A stretch of 64,000 nt of DNA from positions 96,001 through 160,000 of the forward strand of contig JAVZCZ010000001.1 of NCBI GenBank assembly GCA_038874135.1. The letters are read 5' to 3'. The notes under the pieces are model-generated. The model worked only from the letters and a program-made list of their open reading frames with translations. It searched no databases and was not told the DNA's origin. A program made the translations under genes and the position numbers. Positions 59,512-64,000 of this stretch are shown here, in pieces. Source of the stretch: Candidatus Woesearchaeota archaeon (GTDB lineage Archaea; Nanobdellota; Nanobdellia; Woesearchaeales; 0-14-0-80-44-23). Positions within the stretch are counted from its first letter, which is position 1. The number at the start of each line of letters is the position of its first letter.

Positions 59512-60327
59512 CTACTCAGCAGGTGTTTTTTTCTCCATTATCCTTTTCATCTGAGCCACAAAGTCTGAAGCTTCCTTAAGGTATTTTTCAAATTCAACGC
59601 CCGATATCTCCTTTATCTCCCTGCGGGCTATGCCTTTAGAGATGTTATAAAACTTTCTCATAGTTTCCACATATCTTCTGTCTAGTAGTCTTTTGGAGAC
59701 CATAGCTCTTTCCATAAGTTCGGGCACGTGCTCAGGACTTGCAGGTATTTCTCCAAGGTGCATAAGTGCTGCATGAGCAGAATCTATAACTGCCCAGTAT
59801 AGGTCCAGAGTTGCAGAGAGGAGATGGCCCTTTGCAGAGAATAGATTTCTAGGTGCCCTGCCGTAATAGGTGTATATTGCCTCGGGAGTTGGCCTTATTC
59901 TTCCAGTTTTTAGTAGGACCTGTAAGGGTTCAAAGAATCCTGAGTCCATAAGTGCAACTCCATCTCTGAGAATGTTTATGGCTATTGGGTCTCCTGCTCT
60001 GACATAGTCCCAGAAGCTTGTGAATTTTAGTGTGGTCACATGGATTCGGTTGCTCGTGTTGATTACTGTCTTTTCTGTTATGATGCGGTAAGCTTCCACC
60101 ATCTCGGGGGTTAGGTTTATTGTTATGTCATCCACTATTAGCAGTATGTCTATGTCTCCGTCTTTTTTTGCAGTTCCCCTAGCTGTGCTTCCGAAGAGCA
60201 CTATTGCCTTGAGTATTGTTCCGAACTCCTTGTATATGTTTTTGGCAAATGAGTAGGCTATGTCCAGTTCGTCTTTTGAGTAGAGCTCCTCGTTTGCTTT
60301 TTTCTTGTGCTCTATCTTAAACTCCAC
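59512..60327 (-). CDS. fused nucleotidyltransferase (MNT) - HEPN-like protein
   Basis: LFGSTARG....DIDIL; C-terminal helical domain Y.AVIDSAHAALM..G..P.SPEH. Confidence 0.8.
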   Translation of the reverse strand: MEFKIEHKKKANEELYSKDELDIAYSFAKNIYKEFGTILKAIVLFGSTARGTAKKDGDIDILLIVDDITINLTPEMVEAYRIITEKTVINTSNRIHVTTLKFTSFWDYVRAGDPIAINILRDGVALMDSGFFEPLQVLLKTGRIRPTPEAIYTYYGRAPRNLFSAKGHLLSATLDLYWAVIDSAHAALMHLGEIPASPEHVPELMERAMVSKRLLDRRYVETMRKFYNISKGIARREIKEISGVEFEKYLKEASDFVAQMKRIMEKKTPAE

Positions 60328-60433
60328 CTGAATCCCCTATGCAAACTATTTTAAAACGGTTATTAAATCTTTTTAACTATTGGAGAGTGGAAAGATTTAT
60401 ATAATCTGATTTCTTGAAACATTGGCGTGCAAG

Positions 60434-60994
60434 ATGGACCATTCTAATATTTCGGAAAGCCTGGTGCAGCTGATTAAAGACACGCCCGAAGCTGAAAGAG
60501 AAGCAGGACTTACAGCCTTGATATCCTTTTTTGACACGCACAAATCCAATCTTAACAATACTCTCAATGATACCTACCGCCAGATTCACGAATATTTTGA
60601 GCCCTTGGAAAATCATCTTGAAGAAACAGCACTATTTTCAAAAAATGAGAACGCTATTATTACAAGGATTAGACGCTTTGTTGTCAACTGCGCTGCAAGG
60701 CTGCTAATCAGGCGAAATATGGATGATTACCTACTTGAACAGATAAGTAAGTATGATAGGAAAAGCTCATCTTTTAAATCGCACTCTGAGAGGTTTGAAA
60801 AGGCATACTCCACACTAGAGAACTTAATTAGCTCAAAAGAGATTAGTATCAGTTCGGAATGCACGGAAAAATTGGAAGAGCTTATGAGAATATTTGGCGA
60901 AATTTCTGAGCTGGAAAGAAGGCTCAGCAGGGCTTCTGATCACATAAAAAATGTTTACCTAAAAGTTTATGAAACATTCTATGGAAAAAAATAA
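60434..60994 (+). CDS. hypothetical helical protein
   Basis: Open frame with TATA-like TTTATATA about 30 nt upstream. Confidence 0.65.
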   Translation: MDHSNISESLVQLIKDTPEAEREAGLTALISFFDTHKSNLNNTLNDTYRQIHEYFEPLENHLEETALFSKNENAIITRIRRFVVNCAARLLIRRNMDDYLLEQISKYDRKSSSFKSHSERFEKAYSTLENLISSKEISISSECTEKLEELMRIFGEISELERRLSRASDHIKNVYLKVYETFYGKK

Positions 60995-61022
60995 ATTAGA
61001 AAAAAAGAGCACTAAAAACATT

Positions 61023-61070
61023 TCAGTTCTTCTTTTTCTTAGCCTTCTTAGCTGAGCTCTTACACGCCAT
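61023..61070 (-). CDS. 15-aa Lys-rich micropeptide MACKSSAKKAKKKKN
   Basis: GAGGTG SD 7 nt before ATG, TTTAAA upstream, intergenic. Confidence 0.5.
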   Translation of the reverse strand: MACKSSAKKAKKKKN

Positions 61071-61118
61071 AGCTTAACACCTCAAAAATTTTTTTATACT
61101 AAATTAGTTTAAATATTT

Positions 61119-63638
61119 TTATCTCTCTATCAGCTCAGGCCCAGGATTCCAGCTGCTATTGTCGTTCAATATTTCTTTTATTATTTCAAAGGTTTCGGGG
61201 TGTACTGAGGGCTGGATCATTGTTGAGTGCAGGTCCCTCTTTATTGCACTGGTGCAGATTCCTCTTATCCGGTAATTTTTCGCGAATGGGAGCACTACAT
61301 TCTCAGCGATTATGACCCCGTCTCCGTCCTTGCCGTAAGTCTCGCACCCAACTGCAGATATCGTGTAGATTCTAGCATGTTTTGGAATGTTCTGAGGCGC
61401 GTTAAGCCTTTTGAGGAATATGCTATCCTTAGTCATGTCTTCGCACTCCTTCTTAGAGCCAAATATCGGGCACAGAGTTACAAGGGCTCCTTCTATACCA
61501 TAATTAGGAGTTCCTATAGTTACCAGCTTGTCCACACTTTCATCTCCGAAAATTGAGATATACTCCCTAGCAACTAAGCCTCCCATTGAGTGCGCGATTA
61601 TCACTACCTTGTCCGAGCCGGTTCTCCTTTTTACTTCTTCTACAATCTCTTTAAGGCGTATCGCATAGTTTTCTATGCTATCAGTTTTTCTAACCTCAAC
61701 TGCCTGCACTCCCAGGTTGTAGTAGGATATGTAGTAGTAGCTTGCCCTCACACTCACGGGATTGGGATTCCTTCCCCACTCGCCCTGGGGAATGTTCTCA
61801 TCCATGTTTATTAAGCCTGCATTTATGTAGCCGAGCTCCTCAAGTTTCTGCTGCATTGCAGAGAAGGAGTTTATTGTAAGCTCAGGAGAGTTTTTTTCAT
61901 AAGACAGGTGGCCGTGCAGCAGTATTATCGGGTATGGTTTTGAAGAGCATTCAGGGGATGGACAGCATCTGGAGCAGGTGTTGTTAGCGCAGCATAGCGG
62001 ATAAGTTTTGGACAGCGTGAGCTGCCAAGGAGTAAAGCTTATATTTAGGTTAGGAGCCCTGGCAATGGACAGGTTTTCTATTGCTAAATAATTTGGGTTT
62101 AACATAGAATTTTGTTGCAGTGATGCGCACTTTATCTTTGAAGCACTTTCAAATTCTGGCGTTGTGATTATCTTTGTGATTTCTGAGATGCCTTCCCAAG
62201 TCCATCCTTCTGGAAGTGAAAAATTTGAAATATTTTCGTAGGTGTAGATGAGTGGTTTAATTGTTTGGTATATTCCAAGTTCATTTGATTCTCTTGTCAT
62301 GTTTTCAAAAGCGTTCCATAAAGCATATTCGGAATATCTGCTGCTGGCATTCAGTACTTCTTCACTTATGTTTTGTGCTGAAATTTTTGATGTGGCGTTC
62401 TGATTGTGCTGTGTTATGAAATCCTGTATTGAGGTTATGTCTAAACATATCTTTTTAATAAGGTCCACTGATGAATTTTCAAATGCCCAGCTAAGTTGCG
62501 AAGGGTTTGATGTTTCGTAACCAAACTGGGAAGCGATTAGGTAGTTGTATCTGGCTTCAACGCTTAGCTTCAAAGCATCTTCTTTGACTGCACTCTGGAA
62601 TTGAGACATAAGTTCAGCGTATCTGCTCATCAGAGCCCACGATGTTAGGTTTAGCTCATTTATTGAAGAGTAATTCTTTCCAGAGATAATTAGGTAGTAT
62701 TCTGCTGATAGGTTTGAAAGCTTTGAAGCTTCTTCCTCAAGCGCGCTCCTGTTGAAAGATTCAGCGTAGGCTTCTATTTGCGGAATATCTTCGGCAAGAG
62801 CTCCCTTGAGAACTTCGGCAGTGTAAACGCTGAAATTGTAAGAGTTGAAGATTGAGCGCGCATATTCTGAGCAGGCTTGAGACTCATTAATGAGGGCTCC
62901 AACTTCCAGGTAAGCCTGCATTGCACTCCCTTCCGCCAAGTCCCAATCGTACGAGTCGTATGCTTTTACTGCTGCCTCAAGCTCTGCCTTTAAATTATCT
63001 GATAGGTTTTTATCGTAAGAAATTCTTTTTTGAAGCTCATTAAGCTCTATGCAATCTGCTGGGAGCACCTGGGTTAAAGAGTGAAGCACTGCTTGTGATT
63101 CTGAGAGTGCTTCATCGCAAGAGTTAATCTGAGCTGAAGCTGTACTCAGTATTGACTCTGTAAGGTTCTTTTTGGAGCTCTGATCATAAGATAATTCGTG
63201 ATTCACAGTTATTATTGCACTCTTAGTTCTAGGAATTCCTTCTGTAGGGCAGAACCACTCCTTAATGTTTGCGCAGCTGAGTTTAAATATAAATATTTCC
63301 TGCCCCTCATAATTCTTATTTATTGAGAGGGAGTATTCTCTCAAGAAAGACTGGGCGGAGATGTTTAACTTAGAGGCATCAATAATCCTGCCCGTGCCGA
63401 CCTCTTTTAAAGAGTACTCGCACTCTGTCCTGCAGAGCACAGGCTTTTTTACATAGTTATTCAAAGCTATTTTAAAGTTCTGACCGTTCTTAACATTTAA
63501 TGAGAGCGCAGTAGGCCTTATTTCCACTATTAAGTCTTCCGTTATGAGTGATTTAATCTTAAAAAAGGATAGTGTAAGAAGTATCAGCACTGCTGTGAGT
63601 ATTAAAACTTTAACTCCCCTAGCAATTTCTATCTTCAT
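61119..63638 (-). CDS. large membrane-anchored extracellular alpha/beta hydrolase (lipase/PGAP1-like)
   Basis: N-terminal TM, Cys-rich linker, PIILLHGH, AHSMGG, TIGTPNYG, DGVI, LHS. Confidence 0.85.
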   Translation of the reverse strand: MKIEIARGVKVLILTAVLILLTLSFFKIKSLITEDLIVEIRPTALSLNVKNGQNFKIALNNYVKKPVLCRTECEYSLKEVGTGRIIDASKLNISAQSFLREYSLSINKNYEGQEIFIFKLSCANIKEWFCPTEGIPRTKSAIITVNHELSYDQSSKKNLTESILSTASAQINSCDEALSESQAVLHSLTQVLPADCIELNELQKRISYDKNLSDNLKAELEAAVKAYDSYDWDLAEGSAMQAYLEVGALINESQACSEYARSIFNSYNFSVYTAEVLKGALAEDIPQIEAYAESFNRSALEEEASKLSNLSAEYYLIISGKNYSSINELNLTSWALMSRYAELMSQFQSAVKEDALKLSVEARYNYLIASQFGYETSNPSQLSWAFENSSVDLIKKICLDITSIQDFITQHNQNATSKISAQNISEEVLNASSRYSEYALWNAFENMTRESNELGIYQTIKPLIYTYENISNFSLPEGWTWEGISEITKIITTPEFESASKIKCASLQQNSMLNPNYLAIENLSIARAPNLNISFTPWQLTLSKTYPLCCANNTCSRCCPSPECSSKPYPIILLHGHLSYEKNSPELTINSFSAMQQKLEELGYINAGLINMDENIPQGEWGRNPNPVSVRASYYYISYYNLGVQAVEVRKTDSIENYAIRLKEIVEEVKRRTGSDKVVIIAHSMGGLVAREYISIFGDESVDKLVTIGTPNYGIEGALVTLCPIFGSKKECEDMTKDSIFLKRLNAPQNIPKHARIYTISAVGCETYGKDGDGVIIAENVVLPFAKNYRIRGICTSAIKRDLHSTMIQPSVHPETFEIIKEILNDNSSWNPGPELIER

Positions 63639-63659
63639 CTTAATTCCCTTCCGAGGATG

Positions 63660-64000
63660 TTATACCTTTTTTAGCAGGAAGATTATGTCTCTGCCTTCAA
63701 CTATCTGTTTTTCAATTGTGAACCTTTTTGAAAGCTCTCTCTTCACAGTGCCCAGTGCTTTTGACCTTATAAGACAGCTCACTACTGCTAAGGATTTTGA
63801 AACCCTCCAAATCTCATGAACCGCTCTTGGGATGTCTGAGAAGTTGTGAATTGCGGTTACAGATATCACATAATCAAAGCTGCAATCCTGAAAGGGAAGC
63901 TGCTCAGCATAACCCCTTACCAGTTTTAAGTTTGGAAGGCGTGGCGCTTTTTCAAGCAGCTTAACGCTCGGATCAACTCCTGTTATGAAACACTTGAATA
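63660..64000 (-). CDS. class I SAM-dependent methyltransferase (partial, 5' end outside window)
   Basis: TGVDPS..LLEKA, GYAEQLPFQDCSFDYVISVTAIHNF, EIWRV. Confidence 0.85.
   Translation of the reverse strand, partial: FKCFITGVDPSVKLLEKAPRLPNLKLVRGYAEQLPFQDCSFDYVISVTAIHNFSDIPRAVHEIWRVSKSLAVVSCLIRSKALGTVKRELSKRFTIEKQIVEGRDIIFLLKKV

Overview
Chromosomal window from an archaeon, most likely a small-genome DPANN/Woesearchaeota-like lineage. The archaeal call rests on archaeal-type 16S/23S, aIF2-gamma, eS6, TFS, proteasome beta, aCPSF1, LonB, Taw3 and Dph6; the DPANN assignment is an inference from divergent rRNA, form III RuBisCO and many class III signal-peptide or orphan genes. It contains a 16S-tRNA(Ala)-23S operon without 5S, three other tRNAs, many housekeeping genes, and bacterial-type genes (queA, queH, gyrB). 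No CRISPR array, integrase or transposase was seen. Most notable: (1) a two-domain (degenerate + intact) E1/ThiF enzyme with a eukaryotic UBA1-like layout, at the end of an operon that runs off the left edge; (2) a queA/queH/tRNA-His(GUG) queuosine cluster in an archaeon; (3) an unannotated box C/D guide sRNA with candidate 23S targets in this window; (4) a spacer tRNA-Ala with two BHB-type introns (37/38 and 59/60), while the rRNA processing stems lack BHB motifs; (5) a P1B-ATPase with rewired metal-binding motifs; (6) a 900-aa membrane-anchored coiled coil with periodic beta-layer-like motifs; (7) a 7TM + wHTH pair divergent from a MacB-type ABC operon with a candidate operator; (8) several micro-ORFs absent from the ORF track. 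All calls are from manual motif reading; no database searches were run.
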